Position numbers and translations under genes: made by a program. A stretch of DNA of 64,000 nt from Octopus bimaculoides (Eukaryota): positions 157,244,114 to 157,308,113 of the forward strand of contig NC_068982.1 in the NCBI RefSeq assembly GCF_001194135.2, read 5' to 3'. Of the stretch, positions 13,281 to 26,029 are shown piece by piece (within the stretch, counting starts at the first letter, position 1; every line of letters begins with the position of its first letter). The notes under the pieces were generated by a model. That model saw nothing but the letters and a program-made list of their open reading frames with translations, was not told the origin of the DNA and did not search any database.

Positions 13281-14016
13281 NNNNNNNNNNNNNNNNNNNN
13301 NNNNNNNNNNNNNNNNNNNNNNNNNNNNNNNNNNNNNNNNNNNNNNNNNNNNNNNNNNNNNNNNNNNNNNNNNNNNNNNNNNNNNNNNNNNNNNNNNNNN
13401 NNNNNNNNNNNNNNNNNNNNNNNNNNNNNNNNNNNNNNNNNNNNNNNNNNNNNNNNNNNNNNNNNNNNNNNNNNNNNNNNNNNNNNNNNNNNNNNNNNNN
13501 NNNNNNNNNNNNNNNNNNNNNNNNNNNNNNNNNNNNNNNNNNNNNNNNNNNNNNNNNNNNNNNNNNNNNNNNNNNNNNNNNNNNNNNNNNNNNNNNNNNN
13601 NNNNNNNNNNNNNNNNNNNNNNNNNNNNNNNNNNNNNNNNNNNNNNNNNNNNNNNNNNNNNNNNNNNNNNNNNNNNNNNNNNNNNNNNNNNNNNNNNNNN
13701 NNNNNNNNNNNNNNNNNNNNNNNNNNNNNNNNNNNNNNNNNNNNNNNNNNNNNNNNNNNNNNNNNNNNNNNNNNNNNNNNNNNNNNNNNNAGACAAAGAA
13801 AGGCAAAGGAGCTAAGCCGACACAAAGACGCCCAGCTTTTGTAAACTCTAAACCATCAGGTTGATTTTTCTCTAGTTATCGTTTCCATGTTTGATCAAGA
13901 AATAAAACGTCAACATGGAAACAAAGCTTACCAAAAATAAAACACAAAAAAAAAATAGAAACGATGCTTTTCTACAAATAAACAAGCATTAGAGAATGAA
14001 TGCACAAATCACAGCC

Positions 14017-14080
<64 letters not shown>

Positions 14081-14883
14081 ACACATACAAACACACAGTA
14101 AAAAGCGTAAATGCTCGCACTGACGAACACGCGTAACTTTCGAGCACGCAAACGTATATATGCATACATGTCGGTACGTATGTATATGTGTACATGCGTA
14201 TGTGTACATGTACATACATACAGTTTTGTATTACATACACGCATACGCATAAACATGTATGATACTGAATAAAAATAGTTTTGCACAAATATATATATAT
14301 ATAACTGTAGACACACACACACATACACACACTCACACAAACGTACACACTCATACACACACACATATGAATATATATGTATATAAGAATGTATGTGTAT
14401 ATATATGTGTATATATGTACGTGTGTGTGTGGGTGTATAATATATACATATATATACAAGTATATATACGCGCAGGGATAAGGTGTGCAAACACATATAC
14501 ATGAATCACAGATAATGTTTTAGGTTCATAAGTGCAGAGTAATATCGAAGAATTTATCAGAAATCTCTGACAACTTAGAAAGTCATGGTTTTGGTAAATC
14601 ACGATTAAATGTTGCATTTTGCTCTCCATACTCGAACAAACACTTCCAACATTTACACAGCATATATATACTACCACTGTCGCCAACGATATCACCATCA
14701 TACATAGTCTTTTACCTTGTGGCATCTCCTCATTTCTGTGGTCTTATGCTGTCTCTCCTCGCAGAATACAAACAGTAAAAATTAAAATATATAAATTGTA
14801 TAACATACAGAAATATATCAGGTCATCCCGCATATAATGACCTAATTTTAGGTAAAGAAAAACTATGTGTTCTATTCCATGTG

Positions 14884-16010
14884 AGAATTTGGCTTTAGGA
14901 TGAACACAACTAAAACCAACCCTATGGCTGCGATATGTTGATGACACCTTTATACTCTGGCCCCACCAGGAAGATGTCCAAGTGCTGTTAACTCAATAAA
15001 GTCATCCAAACAGTTCACAATGGAAAAGGAAAAAGACAATCATTTAGCATTCCTGGACGTATTAATAACACTGCCAGGTATGGATTTAGGACATCTGTGT
15101 ACCGCAAGCCGACCTTCACTGGACTAATACCTTCACTTCAATTCCCACCATTCATACAGTGTAAAGAGAGCGATTGCTCAGTGCTTAAAATATCGAGCAA
15201 AGAATATAAGTAGTGATCGTGATACACACCATGAAGACATAATCAAGCTCAGTAACAATCTATTAAGGAACAACTACCCCCAACACGTACTATCTACTCC
15301 AATTATGAAGAAAAGAGAGGATGAAACCAACAAACTGTCTACAGTCTGTCTACCCTATGTGAAAGGCCTCTCCGAAAAGATACAAAAGATATGCGGTCCA
15401 TATGACATCAGGACAGTATTCAAGAGTAATACAACACATCGCAAATATCTCCTTGGAGAAAAACCACCAATAGAAGGGAATAAGACCAAAAACTGCGTGT
15501 ACTCCATCCCATGCAGCTGTGGTAGGTTATTCAAATGCAAAACATGCCGCTCCCTCAAAATAACAGTAGAGGAACATCGCAAAGCTGTGACACGAGGAGA
15601 TATTGATAAATCAGGTATAGCTGATCATATGGAAAAATGGAGACCACTTCTCCTTGTGGATTGAAGTTAAAATAATAGACAGAGAACACCACTGGAAAAT
15701 ACGAAAACTAAAAGAAGCAGCACATATGCTAGGACACAATAACCTCCTAAGCAGACCGAGTGCAGATATGAACAGCATATGGGAACCGGTATTAAAGAAG
15801 GATAGGAGAATATTAGATTTATAAGCCCTAAAAATTCGCTACTAACTCCAAGATTCCGAGTTCGATTCCAAGCAGTGACCCGAATAGGAATGAGAACCCA
15901 GGTTCGAAATTTCTCCAAGACACCTGATGAAGGCTGGAAGGTATATCTGCCGAAGCGTTGTGTTAACAACAAAGAAGACGAGGACAAATATGCGTCAAAT
16001 TTAAACAATG
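14884..16010 (+). pseudogene. 5'-truncated Penelope-like element: RT C-terminal part, GIY-YIG endonuclease and 3' terminal repeat
   Basis: Translates to KPTLWLRYVDDTFILWPHQ, FTMEKEKDNHLAFLDVLI, RTSVYRKPTFT, LPYVKGLSEKIQKICGPYDIRTVFKS, NCVYSIPCSCG...EEHRKAV...SGIADH, EVKIIDREHHWKIRKLKEA. Frameshifted. Same family as 61155-62194. Confidence 0.92.
15919..15964 (+). ncRNA. Mutated minimal type-I hammerhead ribozyme in the PLE 3' repeat
   Basis: gacac-CTGATGA-a-ggctg..ctgcc-GAAG-cgtt-gtgtt. The core GAAA is changed to GAAG and stem II has a mismatch, so it is probably inactive. Confidence 0.7.
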
Positions 16011-16785
16011 TGGTATCAAGAGGTTCGAAGGCCTGTAAAACTGTCTCGATAATTCACCTTCGTCAGTGGGCGACCTATTTATTTTATTTGCCATCCACTT
16101 CTATAAGTGAAATATATGCCCCAAATTATAGTTTCTATTCTCCCCCTTCTCTCTCCATACAAACTGTTTTAATTTCTAACTCTTCATTTGTATCTCCTAA
16201 TTCTTGACTTTAAATTTGTATTATTTGATAAGATAGACACGTACATATATTCACACTTTGTATTTCATACCCAAACTATTATATTTAATATGTTTAGTAA
16301 ATTTAATGTATTTACTGCATCTAATTTGCATCTGTCCCTTTCTCAACTTGATCCCTCTTAATTCCCTTTCTTTACCTTGTGGAAACGGCCTTCGTCGAGC
16401 GTATATGCAAGTAGATGACAGTTAACCACACGTAGTTTTAATGAATATATTATTCACGTAAAATACAAAGTTCAGATTACAAGAGAAAGAAAGCAGTTAG
16501 ATATTATTTTTATTTTGGCAACTGATTCGAGTGAAGTATGGCTGACGACGTAGTCTTGTTCATTACATATTAAAGATCCATAATGTTGCAAGTGTTTAGA
16601 CTAATGTACGTCCCAATTGTTCCGTCGGGCAAGGTCAGATAACCCCTCATCCTGAGAATGAGGCAACACAAATCTTTTTCCACTCGACAATCGTCAAACC
16701 ACACATATTGCAGTTTTATCAATATCAAGGAAAACACGGAAAAACCTATTTGATAAATATACATACGTACATACACACATATACC

Positions 16786-16815
16786 TATCTATCTATCTAT
16801 CTATCTATCTATCTC

Positions 16816-16857
<42 letters not shown>

Positions 16858-16865
16858 AATCTATC
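16786..16865. repeat. (TATC)n microsatellite
   Basis: Directly visible. Confidence 0.95.
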
Positions 16866-17228
16866 TTAAATAACTGTAGGCACGTGGGATTTCGTTATGC
16901 ATCCATAATATACTATAAATTATGTTAAATGATTTTTATCAGTCAACACCACGTCCTACTGCATAACGAATTTCCACGTGTCTACAAGTTCTTAATATTT
17001 ACATGCAGCACCAGGGATGCGTTTAATATGTAAATTGATATATCCAATAATTTCACACTGTTTCATGCGGTGGCTATATAAGCAATGTGTTCGGCGGCAA
17101 GAGTAGGTTAGATGAGTGGTGATAAAGGAACAAAATCCCCTGAAAAAACGACTCGATACAAAAACACTGTAGCAAAAATCGTGCTAGTTGTAATTCCAGT
17201 AGAATTAACCGTAACAAAATAATATATT

Positions 17229-17261
<33 letters not shown>

Positions 17262-17705
17262 TAAGATGAAAACTCTAGGTAGAAAGACAACAAAGAACAC
17301 GTGAAAAATCAAACACAAGACGTTGACAATTCTCGTCACTCATTAGTTATCATCTAAAATTCATAACAATTTCGCGCCATTAACGGTGTATATATATGTA
17401 TATATNNNNNNNNNNNNNNNNNNNNNNNNNNNNNNNNNNNNNNNNNNNNNNNNNNNNNNNNNNNNNNNNNNNNNNNNNNNNNNNNNNNNNNNNNNNNNNN
17501 NNNNNNNNNNNNNNNNNNNNNNNNNNNNNNNNNNNNNNNNNNNNNNNNNNNNNNNNNNNNNNNNNNNNNNNNNNNNNNNNNNNNNNNNNNNNNNNNNNNN
17601 NNNNNNNNNNNNNNNNNNNNNNNNNNNNNNNNNNNNNNNNNNNNNNNNNNNNNNNNNNNNNNNNNNNNNNNNNNNNNNNNNNNNNNNNNNNNNNNNNNNN
17701 NNNNN

Positions 17706-17742
<37 letters not shown>

Positions 17743-18014
17743 ATGTGTGTGTGTGTGTGCGTGTGTATACATATATGTGTGTGTGTAAGAATGATATAAG
17801 ACGAGTATGAAGGATATCGCTCGTTAATAGATGAAAACATTAGGTTTTTGGAAAGAAAAGTAGCTTTAAGTCACTAAGTTTATATACATATACCGTTGTG
17901 CAAGATTATACTGTATAATTACTAAATAGTTGAATATTGTTCAGCAAAAGCCGTGTGTGGGCGCTTCAACGGGTGGATGTTTCTGAATTTTCTAAGGATA
18001 CAGTCTACGTTAGA

Positions 18015-18073
<59 letters not shown>

Positions 18074-18809
18074 GACACACAGCCTTACATGTTTTTGTAA
18101 GACGAATTAATTACTATTTAACATTTCATCCAGCACAGTAGCGGTTCTATCAATCGGGAATAGAGTTATTTGATCATCTGAAATCGTATTTCTCAGAATG
18201 TTAAACAAAATAGAGAACCAGATAACGCTAATTACACTTATCTATCTTTTGATGGTGGAATGAATTTTTGAAATTTGTTTTCTTTCAAATGGCAAGAGAA
18301 CAAGAATCAAATTATTTTTATTTATTGCTCAGAAATGTTCCCTAGATTTTGTGGAGAGATTCGTGTTTTTCGTGTTAAGAAAGAATTAAATCTATGAAGT
18401 GAAAAAAAAATGGTAGGAAAGAAAACAAGAATGTAAACATTTTAAAGCAAGCTTATGAACCATTAACGTAATATTCTTAGAACAGAGGATTGGCAAAAAC
18501 GGCAAAGCATTGAATTCAGTTAATTGCGTTTTTCTGTCAAACCCAGTGTATGTTAATTAGTTTTGTTATTATCTTGGAAGTGATAACATAAACACCAGTA
18601 ATTCAAAGTTGTTGGTTGCTTTGTTTCTACCATTTTTCTGATATACTTTGGCTTTCTACTAAATTTTAAAATATAACTGTTAGATAAATAAATACAGATT
18701 GACTGAGTATGATTTGTGGAGATATTTGGAGGCAGGGAACTATATAACTTCATTAAATCTAGAACTGTGCATCGTTATTACGTAAATGCTTTGTTATATG
18801 TCTAAAAAA

Positions 18810-19025
18810 AGGATAGGAACAGGCTGAAACGTAAGCGCATCGGAAGAAAAGATTAGTGGCATTTTCTACGGCTTTTTACATTCCGAGCTCAAATACCGCC
18901 GAAGTCAACTTTGCCTTTTATTCTTTCGGTGACGATAAAATAAGTACAAGTTAAGCATTGGAGGTCGAGGTAATAGACTGGCCCTTTCAACCTAACAGCA
19001 GGCTTTTTGCCACAAGTTGAAATCA
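18810..19025 (+). mobile_element. Degenerate SINE family A
   Basis: ttccgagctcaaataccgccgaagtcaactttgccttttattctttcggtgacgataaaataagtacaag aligns to the family A core. Confidence 0.75.
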
Positions 19026-21382
19026 TTATATCTCTAAGATTAATCTTTGCTGAGTGAGGGAAGTGATTCAGAAAACCTTTCTCAGGAAGAATCATCATAA
19101 ACTTAATGTCATCTTACTCATTGTCGTAAGGAAACAAGTTTAATTAATTGAAAATACTTAAAGGTTGATGAGAAAAATTTGTTCTATCACTAATGCTTCA
19201 ATATGTTCTTGGAAGGTACGTTTGACAACTCCAGACATGTTCGATCCTATTAGATTTATCTAAGCAAATTAAAGCTTTCTCTTTACTAGTGATTAGAAAA
19301 CGACTATATCGAAATAAAATATGTACAAGGGTGGGTCTCAGGGAGACTTTCCCTGCAAGAGAATTCACTCGAAAATGTAAATGCCGTAATAATTTCAGTA
19401 TTATACCGTGTCTTGGTTAATCGAACCTGAAAAAAATTTCCGTAGCAGTTATCTGCGGAGAAGTGATTTAATCTCCCAACGACCTTCTTACAAAAATTCA
19501 ACCATTGAAGCGACGACGATACATAAATTGTAGAATCTACTCCTCATAATACATCGGTGTATTAACTTCCATATATTCCTTAGTTGTTAACCTAAGAGGA
19601 AATTAATACAGTCAAGTATAATTAGTCGATGGGATTTCAGAATCGTTAGAGCATCAATCAAAATGTTTTGTAGTATTTACATAATTACTTACGGTCATTT
19701 AATGTTTGAGCTTATATCTCTTCAAGGATAGGTTGCTTTTCATCTGTCTGGAACTCGTCAAATACTACAAACAACATAATCGACTGTTCCCTTAAAAATT
19801 ACTAGAGCAAAGTTCAAGTCGTCTGCATAAAATAAATAAATTGTAATAATGACATGCTCGTAAATATTCACGATCTCTTTGCTTCCCACCTTTTCTCCCC
19901 TCCCACTTTCTGCTTCTTTCTCTTTGCTCCTGTCCTTTCCTACCTACCAAACGACTGTTGATGAATTTAAGATGCTGACATCTGAATTTTAGGCAAGATT
20001 TACTTAAACTGTTAAGATACTCAAGCTTTAGTTACATGATGAATAACGCAAACCAAAATAAACGACACCATCAATGGCAATCATCTCAAATGAGCATATT
20101 CCTCGCTAAAACGATGATTTCTTCTAAGGCAAAGAACTCAGAACTCACCGTCATAATATAGTTTCGTGACTGAGGATTCAGTAGAGTTATATAGTCTTAC
20201 TATAGTCTTACTATAGTCTTACTAGACTACTATTTCTGCATAAATTATTTACTTTTCTTTTATGGTTTAGACAGAGTAGAAAGGGCAGAGGCTACAATAA
20301 TTTTCTGGGCCTCAATGTATGATGTATGCATACATCTTCTTCAGCTGGCACTCGTTTTAACTGCGCAGATTGAAGCATATGTACTAAAAACAAAGCATTA
20401 CTCCATCTAGGTTTTGAAACCACGACTTACAGATCATGGGCTGAAAACATGTACCACGTGATGCACAGACACAGCCCTCCACACACACACGCACACAAAT
20501 ACACACGCGTGCACGCGCACACACGCACACAAAAACACTCTCGCACATACATATACATATACACAAGAGGGAGTTACTGTAATGACACTGATTCTAAACA
20601 TCAACAATATGACAGTGAAAATGCCTCACGGGAAGATTCTTCTAATGCAGTGTAAATGAGTTGAAGGAAATGTATAAATGCTGATTATACGAGTAATTAG
20701 TAGATGAAAGACTCCTTCTGGTGGTGTCGAAAATTTACAAATATCAAGCAAGGGAGGTAAATCAAATAACATCAGATGATGAAAGATACATGTGTACATA
20801 TACTTTTCTCTAAAAGAATACTAATTAAAGAATAAAATATATACAAACAAAAACAGCAAGACACAAGAAAATAAAAGAAACCGAAGTTATAGCTAAAGCT
20901 ACTAAATGTATAAAGATAAAAAAAAAATTCTATTACAAAACAAAACCCCTTAACAACGCATCTTTTGCTAAATAACTATTCTCGTTCGATTCCCTTTCCA
21001 TTCTAGTTTGTTCTTTATAATATTGATTCTAGCTGAAATGACGACAATATGTCTATAGCAAACATTGCTCAATGAATACAAGAGCAAAGTTTTAAAGACA
21101 AAAACCTAATGCATTTTTCAATAAACATTGATATTTGTTTAAGGAAGGAGACATCTCAAAAGACTGCTGTGCAAGAACAATACGAACCTGTTGAATGAAA
21201 TGAAAATTATTCACGAAACATAGCGAAATGTGACTTTATCAGTTACAACAAACACCAACCATGTACCACCCGCTACCTCACATCACCATACCACGTTACA
21301 ACTCCACGTAGCACGACACCAGCATCAACACAACATAGGCTTTCGCTTATAATGAAATTCTTCAACGTTATTTCTCTCTCTA

Positions 21383-21450
<68 letters not shown>

Positions 21451-21591
21451 ACTCAATCTCTCTTTCACATAGACACGCACGAACACACACACATACACAA
21501 ATACACACATGCAGTAGCCTTTACACTTTAATATCATCAGAACTTCTCCGCCACTCATCTGCTGCTAGTTATATAATTGACCTCATAGATA

Positions 21592-22046
21592 TGGTGTAGC
21601 TGTGTGGTAAGAAGCTTACTCCCCAACCACGTCATTCCAGGTTCGGTCCCACTGCGCGGCTCCTTGGGCAAGTGTCTACTACTATAGGCACGTACCAACC
21701 AATGCCTAGTGAGTGTATTTCATGGACGGAAAATGAAAGAAGTTCGTGTTGACCCTCCACGAATACCAAATTTTATTTTGGTTTGCGGGAGCAACTGTTT
21801 TTCGAAGGCTCATATTGTCGCTAATTGCTCGAAATGTGGAGTAGATGAACAGCCGACAACTGATGAAGGGTCGTTCTTTATGTTACTTGATTTGTTTGCC
21901 ATTTGTTTCTCTCGTTGTTCGTATACCCATGTTTGCCTCCGCATTTCATGTTGCTTACGTTTTGTGACGTCCTGTACACATATATGCATTTATATATGTG
22001 TGTGTGTGTGTGTGTGTATGTGTAAATATGTACATATATTTATGTA

Positions 22047-22114
<68 letters not shown>

Positions 22115-22235
22115 TATATGTATGTATGTGTGTATGTGTGTGTATATGTCTGTGTTTGTACCCACTAGCCCTTGACAACCGGTGCTGGTGTGTTTACGTC
22201 CCTGTAACATAACGGTCCAGCAAAAGAACCGACAG
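21592..22235 (+). mobile_element. tRNA-derived SINE, family B, interrupted by an insert of about 240 bp at 21750-21990
   Basis: Head gctgtgtggtaagaagctt...caggttcggtcccactgcg, CORE-like ccttgggcaagtgtct, then ggacggaaaatgaaagaag. The 3' part resumes at about 22140 (tgtttgtacccact...gacaaccggtgctggtgtgtttacgtccc). Confidence 0.8.
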
Positions 22236-22652
22236 CAAACGCAAACACATAGATTTCATTCATTGAATTGCGGGACATTACCCGCTCTGGATTGAAAGCT
22301 TTCTCACGGGTTTTTCGAATCTTCACCGTTGAATTATTCTACGCCAGCTAGATTAATTATGATTTCTACGGTGAAAGGGGACGTAACTCACAATTTGCGA
22401 ACTTTTTGTTCCTTTCTTTTTCCGATTATATTTACCTTTTTCTGCACATTCCAGTTTTTGCATCAACCTTCTCGGTTTTTCTATTCACGTGATTTCTCAT
22501 ATGTCAGTCTTTGTTCTACAACAGAACTAACCACGTGCCCTGAGTGTGGAGACTTGTTTGAGACAAGCAAACTTGCCTTTTCTTAGTGTCTCTATAACAA
22601 CAAAGCCTTATTTTAAATGTTGTGTACTTTACGTCATACATGTATACATACA

Positions 22653-22690
<38 letters not shown>

Positions 22691-22706
22691 CACAGAGTGA
22701 GACAGC

Positions 22707-22772
<66 letters not shown>

Positions 22773-22853
22773 GAGAGAGAGGGTGAGAGAGAAATAGCTA
22801 TGTATACGTATATTAAACGACATTCTTTTCTACCAAGGCAAATACCATTGGAC

Positions 22854-23058
22854 TCTATATTTAAGAGATGGGGAATTATGTACATTATTTACAATTGACG
22901 GATATTTGTCCTCATCTTTTTTGCTGTTAACACAACGCTTCGGCTGGAATTTCCCCAAGACACCTGATGAAGGCTGGAGGTTATATCAGCCGAAACGTTT
23001 TGTCAACAGCAAACAATATGAGGACAAATATCCGTCAATTGTAAATAATGTAAATAAT
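22854..23058. mobile_element. Mini Penelope remnant: two head-to-head copies of the 3' terminal repeat
   Basis: 22854-22946 is the reverse complement of the PLE tail (cagccgaagcgttgtgttaacagc...cttaaatataga). 22947-23058 is the plus-strand tail containing the hammerhead. Confidence 0.85.
22959..23004 (+). ncRNA. Minimal type-I hammerhead ribozyme (intact core; stem I mismatch next to the cleavage site)
   Basis: gacac-CTGATGA-a-GGCTG(gaggttatat)CAGCC-GAA-ACGT-t-ttgtc. The palindromic ACGU helix III is typical of dimer-acting PLE hammerheads. Confidence 0.75.
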
Positions 23059-23298
23059 GTATATATACGAGTCAAAATCTTGTCAAATTTCCACCAAACT
23101 ATTTTTAACCATTGGGCTTCAACCTTAGCAGTCATACATAATTCTATTTTATTATTTTGTAATTGTTAGATCACAAGATTTCATATCAGTAGCCACGCAT
23201 CAATTCTTTTTATTATGTGTGCGTTCTTTTCATGCTTGTTTTGGAATTGCGTTGCAATATGAGTTGAGATTCTATGGTTAATCTTATACTTTTGTGAT

Positions 23299-23461
23299 GA
23301 GGTGTCGGTGTGTGGTTAGAAGCTTGCTTCTCAACCCCAAGTTTCCGGCTTCAGACCCATTCTGTGACACCTTGAGCGGGTGATTGTAATATAGCCTCAG
23401 GTCGACTAAAGCCTTGTGAGTAGATTTGGTAGACGGAAAATGAAAGAAGCCCGTCACGCAC

Positions 23462-23541
<80 letters not shown>

Positions 23542-23789
23542 GTGTGTGTGTGTGTTTGTGTGTTTTTCTGTGTGTTTGTATCTATGTTTGTACCCACTAC
23601 CGCATTACAACCGGTGTTGGTGTGTTTAAGTCCCAGTGGTTTAGCAGTTCTACAAAAGAAGGACATAGAATAAGTACCACGCTTTAAAAAAAATAAGTAC
23701 GGGAGTCGATTCATTCGACTAAAAATTCTCCAAAGCGGTGCCCCAGCATGGCCATAATTTAATGATTGAATCAAGTAAAAGATAAAAGT
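23299..23789 (+). mobile_element. SINE family B, full length with internal (CA)n/(TG)n
   Basis: Head ggtgtgtggttagaagcttgc, core aaagccttgtgagtagatttggtagacggaaaatgaaagaagcccgtc, tail gcggtgccccagcatggcc...caagtaaaagataaaag. Confidence 0.88.
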
Positions 23790-23800
23790 ACCCAAATATT

Positions 23801-24012
23801 TCTTTTACTCTAGGTACAAGGCCCAACATTTGGGGGAGGGGATCAATTGACTTGATTAACTTCAGTACGCAACTGGTACTTGATTTATCGACCTCGAAAG
23901 GATGAAATGCAAAGTTGACCCCGAGGGAATTTGAACTTAGAACGCAAAGACAGACAAAATACCGCTAAGCATTTCGCGCGGCGTGCTAACGTTTATACCA
24001 GCTCGCCACCTT
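23801..24012 (-). mobile_element. SINE family A
   Basis: The reverse complement starts aaggtggcgagctgg..taaacgttagcacgccgcgcgaaatgcttagcgg. Confidence 0.9.
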
Positions 24013-24827
24013 AAAAAAAAACGCATCCAAATATTTACATCTAGTATTTTCTAGCGAAATTGGCTTTAAGTTTCCTGATATAAAGTAATTGCTCTTTGCT
24101 GTAAATGCATAGTGAGACTATTAAAAAATGTTTTTTAATATTTCCAATTTGTGTAACAACAAAAGTTATGAAATTTCCATCTTTCAGTTTACAATCTAAT
24201 TTGTAGATTATGTTGGTCATTAGTAGATTGGCTTTAGGAATTTTATTGTTCCAAATTATGTGCATAAACTGACATTAAAATATGAAAGATCTGGGACAAA
24301 AAGGAAAAAAAAAAAGAATAATAATTGAAATCAGTCGTATCTTTAATGAAATTCATCAATATAGATATATTAACGCATACTAGCGAGACTGTGAATATTA
24401 CATGGAATTCATGGTAATACTATTGGGCTATTTCTGGAAACTGTATCAGAAGTACTCGAAAGCATAGCCTGTGTTGAGTCTGTATGGAATGATAGTCACT
24501 CATCTGCTACTCGTTGAAAAGTGAAACTGGAATACAATGATTACTTAATGCACTTTGTATATACACTCTTTATGCACAATTTTATTAAATTAATACACAG
24601 CACTCTTAAAATAGATATTCACTCTCATTTTTCCATTTTCCCCATAAAAAAAAAAGAATCCCGTATATATGACACAAATTTTAATTAAATTGCATACATC
24701 TGCCACGTAAAGAAATGTTTCACGGTATTGCACTTATGCGCATTCGTTAAGTGGTAGGTGATATAAAAACTTAGACCGATTTTTTAAGAAATACAATTTT
24801 CACTATCCAATCATGTGTGTGTATATA

Positions 24828-24859
<32 letters not shown>

Positions 24860-24865
<6 letters not shown>

Positions 24866-25536
24866 CATAAATTTATAGGGATTGACAGTAACTTGCTTCT
24901 CCAACATACTGAGAATTCAGAAATAGCAGCCAAAGAACTACTGATTCCAAAACTACAAATTATTACTCTAAATTGATAGCAATATTTTGGATACACACAA
25001 CAAAAAAACAGTAGAGAAGAGTAAAAAAACCACTTGCCTTTAGTTAATTTAGTACGATCGTTTCACAGTTAAGAGCAAAGAATACTCTATTCTGATCTTC
25101 AGCTAAATATTCTAATAAATTTGTTAATGTCTAAATAACTCACGTTAATTTTGACCATGCGACATCAAGACCACGTGAGGAAGACTGACCATGCGACATC
25201 AAGACCACGTGAGCAAGACGTTGGTCTTGATGTCGCATGGTCAAAATTAACGTGAGTTATTTAGACATTAACAAATTTATTAGAATATTTAGCTGAAGAT
25301 CAGAATAGAGTATTCTTTGCTCTTAACTGTGAAACGATCGTACTAAATTAACTAAAGGCAAATGGTTTTTTTACTCTTCTCTACTGTTTTTTGTTCTGTG
25401 TGTATCAAAAATATCGCTATCAATTTAGAGTAATAATTTGTAGTTTTGGAATCAGTAGTTCTTTGGCTGCTATTTCTGAATTCTCAGTATGTTGGAGAAG
25501 CAGGTTACTGTCAATCCCTATATATTTATGATTATA
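24860..25536. mobile_element. Foldback/MITE-like palindrome: about 314-bp inverted arms and a 48-bp spacer, embedded in (TA)n
   Basis: 24860-25173 is the near-perfect reverse complement of 25222-25536. A central 34-bp tandem duplication lies at 25152-25185 and 25186-25219. Confidence 0.85.
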
Positions 25537-25991
25537 AATNNNNNNNNNNNNNNNNNNNNNNNNNNNNNNNNNNNNNNNNNNNNNNNNNNNNNNNNNNNNN
25601 NNNNNNNNNNNNNNNNNNNNNNNNNNNNNNNNNNNNNNNNNNNNNNNNNNNNNNNNNNNNNNNNNNNNNNNNNNNNNNNNNNNNNNNNNNNNNNNNNNNN
25701 NNNNNNNNNNNNNNNNNNNNNNNNNNNNNNNNNNNNNNNNNNNNNNNNNNNNNNNNNNNNNNNNNNNNNNNNNNNNNNNNNNNNNNNNNNNNNNNNNNNN
25801 NNNNNNNNNNNNNNNNNNNNNNNNNNNNNNNNNNNNNNNNNNNNNNNNNNNNNNNNNNNNNNNNNNNNNNNNNNNNNNNNNNNNNNNNNNNNNNNNNNNN
25901 NNNNNNNNNNNNNNNNNNNNNNNNNNNNNNNNNNNNNNNNNNNNNNNNNNNNNNNNNNNNNNNNNNNNNNNNNNNNNNNNNNNNNNNNNNN

Positions 25992-26029
<38 letters not shown>

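Noticed and set aside
22500-22586. CPECG zinc-finger-like word after a possible acceptor
   Set aside because: The second pair of zinc ligands is absent and a stop follows within 12 codons.
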